64,000 bases of DNA from assembly GCA_964016885.1 (NCBI GenBank), contig OZ024740.1, positions 344,348,001 to 344,412,000 on the forward strand, given 5' to 3'. Positions 26,157 through 40,269 of the stretch are shown piece after piece. The notes under the pieces are model-generated. The model was not told the DNA's origin, made no database searches, and worked only from the letters and a program-made list of their open reading frames with translations. The stretch is from Eledone cirrhosa (Eukaryota). The position numbers and the translations under genes were made by a program. The first letter of the stretch is position 1. Each line of letters starts with the position of its first letter.

Positions 26157-26810
26157 CTCTGGACATAGCTATCCACCAGTTAATTTTATTGCTCATTTTT
26201 TGTCGATTCTATTGAGTGATGAATAGCTTTTGTTTTATTTTAACATGTCTATTGAGCACTCTAATTCGATATGTGTATTTCCACATTCCTTCGAATTGTT
26301 TTCGCGGATATAGGGGTTATCTCCCTTGTCGCCATGTGCGTTTTTTCACTGGTAGTTAGCCCCTCTACCGCCAGGAAAAAAGCTCGTTGAGAAAGTAAAA
26401 CTCCGTTCCGCTTGCTCTAGTAGGCTTTTATATTTGTATGTGAGCTGATAGAGAACAGTCTAAGGATTTACAGAAACCCATGAAGCTAGATTTAACACCT
26501 GTCTAGTGGGTCCGGGTATGATTTTACATTCATTTTAATTATTGACGTATTGTTTTATTGATATTTTTTATCTGTTTGTCCCGAATCTTCCTTTATCGAT
26601 TTTTTATCGTATGGTTGATTGTAGACTTGTTCTATATGTGACGGTATTTTAACGATAGTTATAGCTCTGATTCATCTGAATTATTGAGCCCTCTGCCGCT
26701 CATTTCGAATCTTGTTTATCGTGAACTCGTGCGCCGATTTTTCGATACTCGATCTTTCTAATATATATATATATATATATAAATGGAAACTATATTTATA
26801 AAACCATATT

Positions 26811-26875
26811 TATTTAATTATACATATTTCAGGGATACCAGATTAAATTATGGTATGCCTTCATCAGACAAAATA
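26811..26875 (-). ncRNA. Type I hammerhead (left arm of inverted duplication)
   Basis: UAUUUUGU-CUGAUGA-AGGCAUACCA...UGGUAUCCCU-GAAA-UAUGUA-UA-AUUAAAUA. Confidence 0.65.
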
Positions 26876-26969
26876 CAATATATAACATTATTTTTGGAGG
26901 CCATCCAAATATAATGGTCGCATTTTAAAAGGGTACGTCAAAGCTTATTTGTAAAACTGTTATATATTG

Positions 26970-27037
26970 TATTTTGTCGTCTGATGAAGGCATACCATAA
27001 TTTAATTTGGTATCCCTGAAATATGTATAATGAAATA
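26970..27037 (+). ncRNA. Type I hammerhead (right arm of inverted duplication)
   Basis: CUGAUGA at 26981, stem II AGG.AUACCA/UGGUAU.CCU, then GAAAUAUGUAUA. Confidence 0.65.
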
Positions 27038-27122
27038 AATATGGTTTTATAAATATAGTTTCCATTTATTAATATCGTATATCTACTCCAAATACTTGTT
27101 GAGTGCTTTATATCAGTTATAA

Positions 27123-27204
<82 letters not shown>

Positions 27205-27257
27205 ATATGGCGTGCTGCGTGGTTGCAAATGGGTTACATATGAATAAATTTAGTCCA

Positions 27258-27313
27258 TCATCAGTGATCTTCCAACCTTCATTGATATTTCATCGCTTTA
27301 AAGACTATATACC
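27258..27313 (-). ncRNA. Candidate permuted hammerhead-like motif, copy C
   Basis: GGUAU-A-UAGUCUU-uaaagcgau-GAAAUAUC-12 nt-AAGAUCA-CUGAUGA. One mismatch in stem I. Confidence 0.4.
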
Positions 27314-27515
27314 TCTGGTTGGTACGAGCAGCGGCTAAAGAAAGTCGTTGGGACACGTAAATAGGGGGAACAAGTGAGACTGTAAACAATCAAAGATGGT
27401 AATGCAACGGTGTGTGTGTGTGTGTGTAAAAGGTAGACATAAATAACAAAACAATCGGTACAGTATATGGAAGGGATATATTAGGTTAACGCTTGATATA
27501 GCAGGAAGAGGGTCA

Positions 27516-27544
27516 TAACGTTTCGGACGCTAGTCTTTCATCAG
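27516..27544 (-). ncRNA. Hammerhead core, stem I not evident
   Basis: CUGAUGA-AA-GAC-uagc-GUC-C-GAAA-CG-UUA with palindromic AACGUU. Confidence 0.45.
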
Positions 27545-27641
27545 AAGAAAGAATGAGAAACAAGATAGATTGAGGGGACAGACGGGTTGGAATTGGAAAA
27601 AATGTCTTTAGATGAAAATAACAGGTCCAATATATATACAA

Positions 27642-27707
<66 letters not shown>

Positions 27708-29067
27708 TTGTATATATATATATGATTATTATTACGAAATATTACAAAAATAAACCTATGGTTATGCAAAGTTCTGTCTTAAAGCTCTTTTTCCTTCTGC
27801 TCTATCTCAGAACATTCACAATTGTAGAAGATAGCAATCTCTAAGTTATACTTCCAGAATGAGTTGAATGTAAGCCCAGTATCAAGATATTTATGAATAT
27901 TTAAAATGTTTATCAATACCTAAATTTTCTTTACATTCTGAATTCTAAATCCCAACATATTCCCTTTTGCTTTTTAAACGTTCTCAGTATACACAAATAA
28001 AGTAGAAGTAGTGTACAAGTGTCAAATTCATCGACTGTGTCTTTTGCTTAATTTAAGACGATTTCTTTTGTGCTAAAAGTCATTATTTACAGGTGAAAGT
28101 TGGCGGAATATTTATTGAGTTGAGCTAAATGACTTTCAGTAGTTTGTTATAGTAATTTATTTTCTAAGATCAAGTGTTGCTGAGGTCAAATTTGCATTTT
28201 GTCCTTCCGTGGTGGATAAGCTAACATACCACACAAGTACTGGCATCTGTTTAATACATACAAAATCTGGGGTATTGTACAATTGTTATGAATTCGTATT
28301 ATAGTTAATGCCACAGAGTACGTCGTTGCTATATTGCGCTACGTATTTACCTCTGAGCAAACTGGGACTTACATTGAATTTAGTGCACTATGTTAATACA
28401 TGCATTTCCCTATGTACACACGCCCCCCCCCCCCCCCCGCCCCATATATATAGATATATACTTGTATACAAAATCATAATTATAAAAATCTGATACAGCA
28501 AGATTACTCACATAAACGAATGTATACATGCGCATATGCATATATACATACATTCATTTGCATCTGACTCTCCGATCTAAATCAGTTCCTCTCCAGGATT
28601 TTGTCTGTCTCTTTCTCGCTCTCTGTATATGCACCACACATACACACACACACACAGTCTCACACACACACAGACACACACACACACACACATGTATATG
28701 AAAATCCTATAAATGTGTCTTTTTTGCTTATGTATATACATATATAGTGTGTGTGAGAGTGTGTGCGTACAAATGTGCGCAAAAACACACGCATGTATAA
28801 GTTTCGTACATACATTGACCAATTTTATATATATAGGCGGTAGCCTACAATCATAGTGATCTGATGAGAAAATGCGAAATGGGGATATGTAGGATAGAAG
28901 CTGAAAGAGAACCCTACCTATCTATATATGTGTATTTTCGTAAATAGCGTCGTTATAATATATGTGTATATATATATGTATGCATTTATGTATGTATAGA
29001 TGTATGTGTGCATATACACACTCACACACACACATACGCACACATACACACACACACACACACAAAA

Positions 29068-29111
<44 letters not shown>

Positions 29112-29767
29112 GAGTGAGCCTGTGTATAAAATATATTACACGTTCCATTCATATCGAAGATATATCAATACATCGACCCGTTTCCGAAGCAGGCTGACTG
29201 GCTACTATATAGGGACTATATAGGTAGAGAGATATGAAGTTTCGTTAAACTGAACTTCAGCATCCACACCAGCAATAATCATCAATAACTATCACAGCAG
29301 CAGTAGAAGTATTATCATCCACAAGAACAGCAACATAAACAACAACAGTGCTAACAGTACCGATAGCAAATCTCCGGCCGGCATCAAACGTAGATGATGG
29401 TGTATAGCAGAAAATAGATTCTGTGGAAGCGACTGTGGACGTGGTGGTAGTTTGGGTTGGAAAGATGTGATGTAGGTACGTAGAGGCAGCGAAGCGATTT
29501 AATTCATACTACAACAATCTCTTTATCGGAATATGAAATAATACTTATAAATATTCATATGCATATATCACAATCATCATTTAAGCCCGTAACCTTAAGC
29601 CCAGTGCTGGCATACGCTTCCCTTGTCGGCAGATATTAACTTAACTGCTACGAATCATTTCTCTGGTTTTTGTTGTTGTTTCATTTTTTTTTTATGTGTG
29701 TGTGTCAGTGTTTTCTTTTATATATTTAATTTTGATTGCCTCTATATTATATACGCACATCTATATT

Positions 29768-29820
<53 letters not shown>

Positions 29821-29843
29821 ATATGTATATGTATATATATATG

Positions 29844-29910
<67 letters not shown>

Positions 29911-29936
29911 ATATGTGTGTTTGTGTTGTATGTTAA

Positions 29937-29969
<33 letters not shown>

Positions 29970-29999
29970 AACATATATATATACATATATATGTGTATG

Positions 30000-30044
<45 letters not shown>

Positions 30045-30485
30045 GCGTGTGTGTGTGTATATATATATATATACATTTCTGTTTGTACAGAAGTGCGTAT
30101 GCCTATATATATACATGTGTATTTGAATATGCTACACATATTGATTTAACTCTTTTGAAATATGTCAATGCAAATGCAAGCAGGTATATAAATATATATA
30201 TATATATATATATTCACAAAATATGTACGTATGTGTGACCATGTGTATGGGCGTATAAATATATATATTTTTTTCCTTTTATTTACTGATGTCATTTGCT
30301 ATCATTTCCTTCTTTCGTCTTTCTCCATTTTCTTTTTCTTTCTATCTATTATATTTTCTTACTGTTACTATCTCCATGTTTCTGCATTATTCCCTTATGT
30401 TATCGTTTTTCTTTCCATCCCTCTCTCCAATAAGCCTTTCCTTGCTCTAATTTACTAGTTTCTATATTATTGCCATTTCCATGTT

Positions 30486-30548
<63 letters not shown>

Positions 30549-30902
30549 TCATATACGCACTGATACACACACATACGACACAGACAAACACGAATATACT
30601 CATATATATTGAAAATATTAAAAAGGTTTAAAGTTGCATGTAATGTTTTATATATACAAGTGAATTAGCAGCACATAACGAAAACAAATAGCTTAATAAT
30701 AAGGAAATGATGGTCTTTTAAGAATATATATTTGGGTTTGCTGAAACAATCATGATTGCCTAATTAGGTTTTCTACAAACCGGTTTTACTATGAGTAGCT
30801 TTTCAAAATAACATTAAATGTTTGTCGGTGTTGAATAGATTTAACACGCTCTGTTGTTCACAAAAAAAACGCACTCTCACACATATATACATGCACATAT
30901 AC

Positions 30903-31274
<372 letters not shown>

Positions 31275-31590
31275 TTTTCTTTATACTTTAACTCGTGTAG
31301 GACACCTCGGTTATTTTTAATTTTGTTTAAAAAAACCTCGCTTTCTAATATATATACATATTGTTATACTAGGGGAGTGTCATATTTGTGTAATCATATT
31401 GCCAGAATTAATAACAGAACACACTCACTGTTTGGTTGGTTTTCGCTTCTGTGTCTTTTATATATAATATCTCAGATATATCTGAGATATTATATAATAT
31501 ATCTGAGATATTATATAAGCAACATTTTCTATCGGGTAATCACTTTATTAAATCTTAACCATTTAACATCTCAGGGTATGTCATGCATCA

Positions 31591-31651
31591 TTATATTTTG
31601 TCTGATGAGGACGTACTGTTGTACATCCGAAATATGTATAATAAAATATAA
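31591..31651 (+). ncRNA. Type I hammerhead ribozyme
   Basis: UUAUAUUUUGU-CUGAUGA-GGACGUAC-uguu-GUACAUCC-GAAA-UAUGUA-UA-AUAAAAUAUAA. 11-bp stem I. Confidence 0.8.
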
Positions 31652-31798
31652 TTGATCAAAAGAACATCTATTTTATTAATACATATATTTTAATATTAAT
31701 AACTCATGAAAATTATTTTTAATCGTTGAGTGCTTCCAATCTACTGTAAAACTCATTATTTGACATAATCATCGAATATTGTTTAACAACTTAATACT

Positions 31799-31921
<123 letters not shown>

Positions 31922-31923
31922 AC

Positions 31924-31954
<31 letters not shown>

Positions 31955-32144
31955 CATATATAAACATTGAGTGGATATGTATTTATTAAAAATCAACCTG
32001 GTATTAGAAACTTGAACATCCTTTTTTATGTAAAATAGACTAACAAATACGGCATGTATGCCTTATTCGTCTGATTATTTCATATTGCTTAACAAATCCA
32101 GCTTTGAAACATTTTAGTCTAAGCTAATTTACAATAAATATAGA

Positions 32145-32211
<67 letters not shown>

Positions 32212-32258
32212 GAAGTCTATATTTATTTAAAATTAACCTAGAGTTAATATATATATAT

Positions 32259-32442
32259 AATTGTTTCTACTTTTGGTGCAAGGCCAGCAAGTACTCAGTA
32301 CATTACTGGTACTTTATTTTATCGACCCCGTAAGGATGAAAAGCAAAGCTAACCTGGGCGGGATTTGAACTCAGAATGGCAGGGGCCGTAACACTATGCG
32401 TCAAAGCATGCGTTGTCCAATCCTCTACCGATACTGCAAATC
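32259..32442 (-). mobile_element. tRNA-derived SINE
   Basis: Reverse complement of the 332-530 family. Confidence 0.85.
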
Positions 32443-32973
32443 AAGGATCGATCAGATTGGCTAGCACAGGAAGGCGTGTACAACTGGAAACAAGACATGA
32501 TACGGTACAGACATATCATGCAAATCGTTATGCGGGTATGATGGAAATATAGATAGACTTACATCAAAAGCAAGCTCTAGGTACGGCAAGTCAGCTAAGA
32601 AAAATAAAGCACCATCAAGATGGGTAAAAGACATGGTACGCGAAATCTTCATACAGAAGGACTTCTTTCGAAGACTGGTAGGTTTGTTAAATCTAAATAT
32701 AGTCTTTCTGAAGGCGTGTTAAATCTGGTGAGTTAGTATGTCAAGAGCAAGAGCAACTGCAATTAATTCACTGGTTTCTGCAGTTTCTATGTATGCATAT
32801 TTTTTTTTTGGGGGGGGGGGGGGGGAGCCATGTCAACACGTGCTAATGTAGACGTCGATGGCGATGGTGACTTGGGGCATAACGAATACGGAACTATATT
32901 CCGAACCGAAATATTTAACTTTACGTTATTTCCTGCCTTCGAGTGTTTTTGTCAGGACAAATGTCTATATAAT

Positions 32974-33350
32974 AATTGTTTCTACTTTTGGTACAAGGCC
33001 AGCAATTACCCAGTACATTACTGGTACTTTATTTTATCGACACCATAAGGATGAAAGGCAAAGTTAACCTCGGCAGTATTGGAACTCAGAATGGCAAGGG
33101 CCGTAACTCTATGCTGCAAAGCATAATAATGGGTTCTGATTTAGGTACAATTCCTAACAATTTGGGGGAAGGGACAAGTCGATTAAATTGACCCCAGTGC
33201 AATACCGCTGCGCTTTATTTTATCGACCCTATAAGGATGAAAGGTAAAGCTTACTTCAGCGGGATTTGAACTCGGAACCTAAAGGGCCGAAACTCTATGC
33301 CACAAAGCACGTTTTCGGACGTTCTACAGAAACTGCCAATCTACCGCCTT
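32974..33350 (-). mobile_element. Two adjacent SINE copies (short and long variants)
   Basis: The family core occurs twice (~33020-33075 and ~33215-33275). Confidence 0.8.
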
Positions 33351-34224
33351 TAATGTTTATATAATAATGCTATGCTTGTTTCTAATTGTCATCCTATAAA
33401 GAAACAAGATAAGAATCGTATTGTGTACGAAATTGGAGCATAAAATATGATTATCTTAAGGTATCAAATATTGTACTTAGTAACATCTAACGGTCACCAT
33501 ATGTAATCAGCGAAAAGCACCAAGAAACGGGTATGCAAACCATCGACTAACTAGACAATAGGCCGATATGCGCCGCATAATGGCTGAGCGAATGTATAAT
33601 ATGTACTAATACCATGATAAATTTTCCATAATTCAGAGGATAACTATGGGCTCAACCGATTTGACACTATAGAAAAAGAATGTAACGAAATATCTCAAGG
33701 CATTTACTTCTTAATCTGAAACACTTCAGATTCCGTCTTTCCCCTACGAATGTGTTAAATAAAAAACTAAACAAGAAAAACAATCAAGTATCGGGATCAA
33801 TTTGATCTATTACCGCCGTTCCTAAATGATTAAGAATGTGTCCCTTATTAAGATATGAGTATTTTAATCTGCAGACTACCATTTTTGTAATTTATCTAGG
33901 GTTTATATGTGATGCCTCGAAAGACATCTTTTTTAATATTGTTTCCTATAACGATTTCTGACGTTAGGCACAAGTCATACATTTTCTGCAAATGAAATTT
34001 TTTTAACAACGTCAGAAATTTGGAAGGTAAAGTTTAACGCGATGGGATTAAAACAAAAACTAAACTCTGCTTTGTATTTTGTTTGATATTTTATTAATAC
34101 AGCCACTTTCAATCATATGTACTTAGCCTCACATTTGCGGTGCGAAATCGTCGGTAATTCTATTGATTTCGGCTGTAGTGAAATCGAATGCAGCGGGAGT
34201 TGAACTTTAAAGAGGAAGCATGTT

Positions 34225-34376
34225 CTCTACTGATCCGTCATGGTTCTACTTATCAGATCATCCACAACCAGCTCGGCTTCCACAAAGTCTTTGCGAGATA
34301 GATGCGAAGAGAGAGTACGACAGAGCATAAGCGCAAAGATGTTGAGTTCTTCGAACGTTTACTTGACCGTTACAAC
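34225..34376 (+). pseudogene. mariner transposase fragment (HTH2-linker)
   Basis: IRHGSTYQIIHNQLGFHKVFAR*MRRESTTEHKRKDVEFFERLLDRYN matches the mariner IS.GS...I.H..LGF.KV.ARWVPR.LT pattern. Confidence 0.8.
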
Positions 34377-34560
34377 TGTCACCGTGTTGTGTTAAAAGCC
34401 GCCGATGAATTTCAGCCCCTGACACAAGTTCGGATCATTTCTGTCTGTTCCTCTTTAGTGCACACTTCTAGCAGAGAGGCCACGTTTACACTGTAACTCG
34501 AGAAAGAAAACTGGGACGATCAAGCTCAAACTTCGATAACATGACCACAATAGAAGCACG
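34376..34560 (-). pseudogene. mariner transposase N-terminus and 5' leader, inverted
   Basis: Minus strand ASLLEVCTKEEQTEMIR...VSGAEIHRRLLTQHGD. Confidence 0.7.
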
Positions 34561-35188
34561 ATTGAGCAGAAGGCTGTGTGACAAACCAAAACATGTCATG
34601 GCGAAAGAGCGGATACTATTTGACTTTCCCTTGTATATATCTTTTTACATATCAGCTCAAGGTTCGAACCCCATCGAACGAGCCCAACTATATATATGAA
34701 TCGAACATGGAACAACATGATTGCAAATCGTACATCTTAACCTTATATCTATACTTGCCTAAGAGTATGGAACTTTAGTTACGTCTAAGTAGATAAATGG
34801 AAAATAACATTAAAGAATGTAATTTGCTTTGCTAGACAAACAACAAAGGAGGGAACTGACAATTGCAAATTATCTATTAGCCGCCATATGCTCGAAGCAG
34901 TTGCCTTGATACTATTATTAAAATTCATACTTCCTCTACAATTTAGGCGTCAGTTTAATATTAACGCAGTCAGAAGTTTCTAATTAGATTCAAGCAAGTA
35001 CAACTAATAGAACAAATCCAACGAAGGAAAATAAATCATTATTATTGTTTAACTCTCTATTTCGTATTTTCGTTACTTCTGTTCTTTTCAATTCTTATAT
35101 ATCACTCTACGTTTATCTTCCTGACTGTATATGAATACACTATACATACATATATGCAAACTTGCATACCCCCACCGCCACTCCACAC

Positions 35189-35234
<46 letters not shown>

Positions 35235-35274
35235 TATGAGGAGGGTATATATATATATATATATATGGGGAGGG

Positions 35275-35310
<36 letters not shown>

Positions 35311-35778
35311 TATTAAAATAACAGATTAAAGTTTAAGTAAAGAATCGCTGCTTTCACCCTTAACGGGATCGTCTGAAACTATATATATATTAATTATAAT
35401 AAAAAAATATGGTCGCATGACAACTATTAGCTACATTTATCAAAGTAGTAATGTGTCTATGATATCTTACATATAATATTTAGAATGTTTTTTTTAAATA
35501 CAAATCCATGTGCCTCACGGGTACAGTGCTAGTATATATATATATGTGTATGTATGTGTGTATTTAAAATGTTTTTTCACACTTTTTCTCTTTAATCTTT
35601 CAAATGCATCCCATTAGAGACACAGACCCAACACATATTTTATATCAAACATACATGTCAGACAAGATCCCTCTTGTGTTTCACACAATTCCGAATTTTG
35701 ATTAGATTAGGCCGACTCTGTAATCAAAAGCTCGTCGGACCTCCTCTGTGGTAATGATAGTAACTGCACGATACATTT

Positions 35779-35833
<55 letters not shown>

Positions 35834-35989
35834 CCCATGCTAGCGTGGAAGATGGACGTTAAACGAAGATGGTAATGATGATAATGATATATATATGTGT
35901 GTGTGTGTATATGTGTGTGTTCGTGAATTTGTGTGTGCTCATATGTGTGTGTGTGTGTGTCTGTGTGTATAAGTATGCATACGTTCAGA

Positions 35990-36265
35990 CAAACACATAT
36001 ATATCGGTTATATCGAATATTAACAATAATTTTCGTTTCATTTGTAAACAACGGCTCGAATAAAACTGCGCTGTGCCGATGACAAATTGTCATCCGTTTG
36101 TTCAACACTGGCATTGAGGAAAAATAAACATGTTTCTGGGTCATTACCCTTAATCAGGACTGTATACCTCTACCAATCTGTTGATTGGTTGAAAATATAT
36201 AATATTTCTTAAGTACACATCGGCTGAATAGCCTCATTTGCATACCGAGCGAGTTCGAGCGAGTT
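35990..36265 (-). mobile_element. Diverged relative of the 438-bp HHR unit, with a mutated core
   Basis: Shares TTTGTAAACAA, TTTGTTCAACACTG, GTATACCT, CGGCTGA and ATTTGCATA.CGAG.GAGTT in the same order. Core reads CUGAUUA-AGGG-uaauga-CCCA-GAAA-CAUG-UU. Confidence 0.6.
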
Positions 36266-36281
36266 CTAGCTGGCCATTTTA

Positions 36282-36361
<80 letters not shown>

Positions 36362-36366
<5 letters not shown>

Positions 36367-36555
36367 AAGTATGACCCCGACGGCAGAGCTGAAGCCGTTT
36401 GGACGGCAATTTCTGGACTAAAGTCCAAAAATAGCCGTCGAAACGGCTTAAGCTCTGCCGTCGGGGTCATACTTTCTCCCATTACCCACACTACTACCCT
36501 AAGTATTGAATACTCTGGTGCTTCATGGTCCATCTGGTTCCTTACCACAACTCCG

Positions 36556-36557
<2 letters not shown>
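36362..36557 (+). mobile_element. Fold-back element with HHR 3' half
   Basis: Palindrome 36362-36478; GAAACGGC-TTAAGCTCT-GCCG-TC, then a conserved tail (ATTACCCACACTACTAC...TGGTTCCTTACCACA). Confidence 0.75.
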
Positions 36558-37286
<729 letters not shown>

Positions 37287-38124
37287 AAAATTGGAAGTTT
37301 GAAGAATTATCTTGCAATATTATAATATAATATAGTATATATAATATAATATAATATATATATTATAATATAGCTTTGATTAATAATTATTTGCTAATAA
37401 GTTGTTTCATTGAGTCACACCATGAAAGGTAGCCACACTCATATATATTCCTGTGACTATGTCTAAATATATACATATATATATACACAGAAACAAACAA
37501 TTCAGGACCCTGACGGCTGAGTTCTTGCCGTTTCAACAGCTAGGTCCGAACTAAGCCACCAGTATTAGAAGGGCGGGAATCTAGCTGAAATTACAGTCCA
37601 TATATTGCCACCTTCTCCCTTTCCGATTTTGCTTTCTTTCTTTTTCTCTTTTTTCTCTTGTTTCCCTATTCTTTTTTTTTTTTTGTTTCCTTTTTTCTTT
37701 TTTATTATTGCTATTATTATTGTTGTCGTCATTATGTATATATTTTAAAGAGTGTTTCTAAACGTATTTACAACATATGTGTATGCAGTGAAGTTTCCTG
37801 GTTCCAATAATGTGAGGGAGGGAACTTATGACACGTCATGTTGTACAATAAAAGAAAAGATTACGTTGTTCTGTGGAGCGAGAAGAACAATTTTATAAAT
37901 ACATGTGTTTATATATATGTTGTGTGACTAAGTTCACATTTATGACTATGATAATGTCTCATAACTCTAGAGGTGTGACGGAAGGCAATGGATAAAACAA
38001 GCTCTGCGGGAAATAGGATCGACTAAATGCACGTAGAACCAAATTATGACCCCATGCCTATGACTGAAACCACAATAGTCACGCACACGCATATATATAT
38101 ATATATAAATATATACATATATAG

Positions 38125-38180
<56 letters not shown>

Positions 38181-38185
<5 letters not shown>

Positions 38186-38373
38186 AACAAGTAAGACCCC
38201 GACAGCTGGGCTCAAGCCGTTTCGACGGCTAATTCTGGACTGAATTAGCCGTCGAAACGGCTTGAGCTCAGCTGTCGGGGTCTTACTGGTTCCTATTACC
38301 CACTCTACTACCTCAAGTATTGAGTACTTTGGTGCGTTATGGTCCACCTGGTTCCTTACCACATTTCCTTCGT

Positions 38374-38375
<2 letters not shown>
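38181..38375 (+). mobile_element. Fold-back element with HHR 3' half
   Basis: Palindrome 38181-38296 with loop TGGACT; GAAACGGC-TTGAGCTCA-GCTG-TC. Confidence 0.75.
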
Positions 38376-38414
<39 letters not shown>

Positions 38415-38427
38415 GTATATATATATG

Positions 38428-38459
<32 letters not shown>

Positions 38460-38511
38460 TGTGTATATGTGTGTATATGTATGAGTGTGTATATATATAC
38501 GAGTGTTGTGA

Positions 38512-38587
<76 letters not shown>

Positions 38588-38617
38588 GTATGCGTGTATG
38601 TGTATATGTGTGTAAAA

Positions 38618-38649
<32 letters not shown>

Positions 38650-39651
38650 TTATGTGTGTATGTGTCTATGTATTTATATGTGTATGTGTATTTATATGGT
38701 ATGTGTATGTATATGTATGTGTATGTATGTGTTTATATATATGTGTATGTATATGTATGTATATGTATGTGTGTGTATGCGTGTGTATTTATTTATATGT
38801 CTATATGTATGTATATCGATGTATACTTTATATTTTACTTGTTTGTATATATATATGTGTGTGTATGTATATGTGTATATATATATGTGTGTGTATATAT
38901 GTGTGTGTATATATGTGTATATATATGTGTATATATATATGTATGTGTGTATATATGTGTATATGTATATGTATGTGTATATATGTGTGTGTGTGTGTGT
39001 GTATGTGTGGATGTATATATATATATATATATATATATTTTCTTGATATATTTCTTTTTTCTTTTTTCTTTTTCTTTTCTTTTTATTTCTAAGTTTATAG
39101 ATACATTTATAAATAGGCAGTCTGCCGAAACCGTTGAATACTGACCTCTCCCCCCCCCCTCCCACCTAATTTCTGTATCCTGATCTAAATATGTGTGGCA
39201 GTGTTTATGTGCGTGCATTAATGTCCATATGCTTATGATAATACTATATGCACACATATATATATGTGTGTGGGTGTGTGTGTGTGTATGTATGTTCGTA
39301 GTTATGTGTATGTTTATGCATATACGCGCGTGTGTGTGTGAGTGTACGAATATGTGTGAGTATATGAATGTGTGTATACATTTATTTCATATTTATGTGT
39401 CTATACGCATTTTATCTGTGGATTATAAACTTACAGAGACATTAGCCTTGAATTTTTGTATTTACATACATCTTTTTGGCATGCGTATGCATGTGAACAT
39501 ATATCTTTATGTAAATATGTGTACGAAGTTAATTACATGTATATACACACACCTAACTGCATAACATTTTTTGAATTTTCATTGGTCAATTTGAACTCTG
39601 TTCCCAAACGGACCTGAAATTTTGAATTGTTGTTATTATCAATAAATATAT

Positions 39652-39806
39652 TTCATTATTTCTGAAGACGGCATATATATGTGTTTGGTATGTATATTTA
39701 ATTTTGATAGTTTGTATAATTTTGTATAATTTTGTACATAGATCTGTTGAATATGCATGCCAATTCTAACACATATATATCTTAGAAACGATCGTTAAAT
39801 AATGAA
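39652..39806 (+). ncRNA. Type I hammerhead with extended stem II
   Basis: UUCAUUAUUU-CUGAAGA-[AUAUAUAUGUGUU...AACACAUAUAUAU]-GAAA-CGAUCG-UU-AAAUAAUGAA. Perfect 10-bp stem I. Confidence 0.7.
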
Positions 39807-39860
39807 CTTTTTTTGTTTAATATAAGGAACTGTTTCATTGTTTTATTCATTATTTTTTTA

Positions 39861-39997
<137 letters not shown>

Positions 39998-40001
39998 GCA
40001 C

Positions 40002-40059
<58 letters not shown>

Positions 40060-40269
40060 GTAGAGGCTGTACGCCAGCGTTGGTAATTTTTACATAATTT
40101 CATACGCATTTCATGAAAATAAATGATATAAGCATCAAAACTGCATTAGACACTCCTGCTATTCAATGTTTAGTATGTTTACTACAAAAGGAATCTTAAT
40201 ATTCATGAGCAATGTTTAATATTGAAAAATAATAGTGATGGATGAATACAAACATGTACATAGTACCCT

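Noticed and set aside
35495-35532. Helitron-like 3' end (hairpin plus CTAG)
   Set aside because: The hairpin is imperfect and no clear 5' TC terminus could be assigned.
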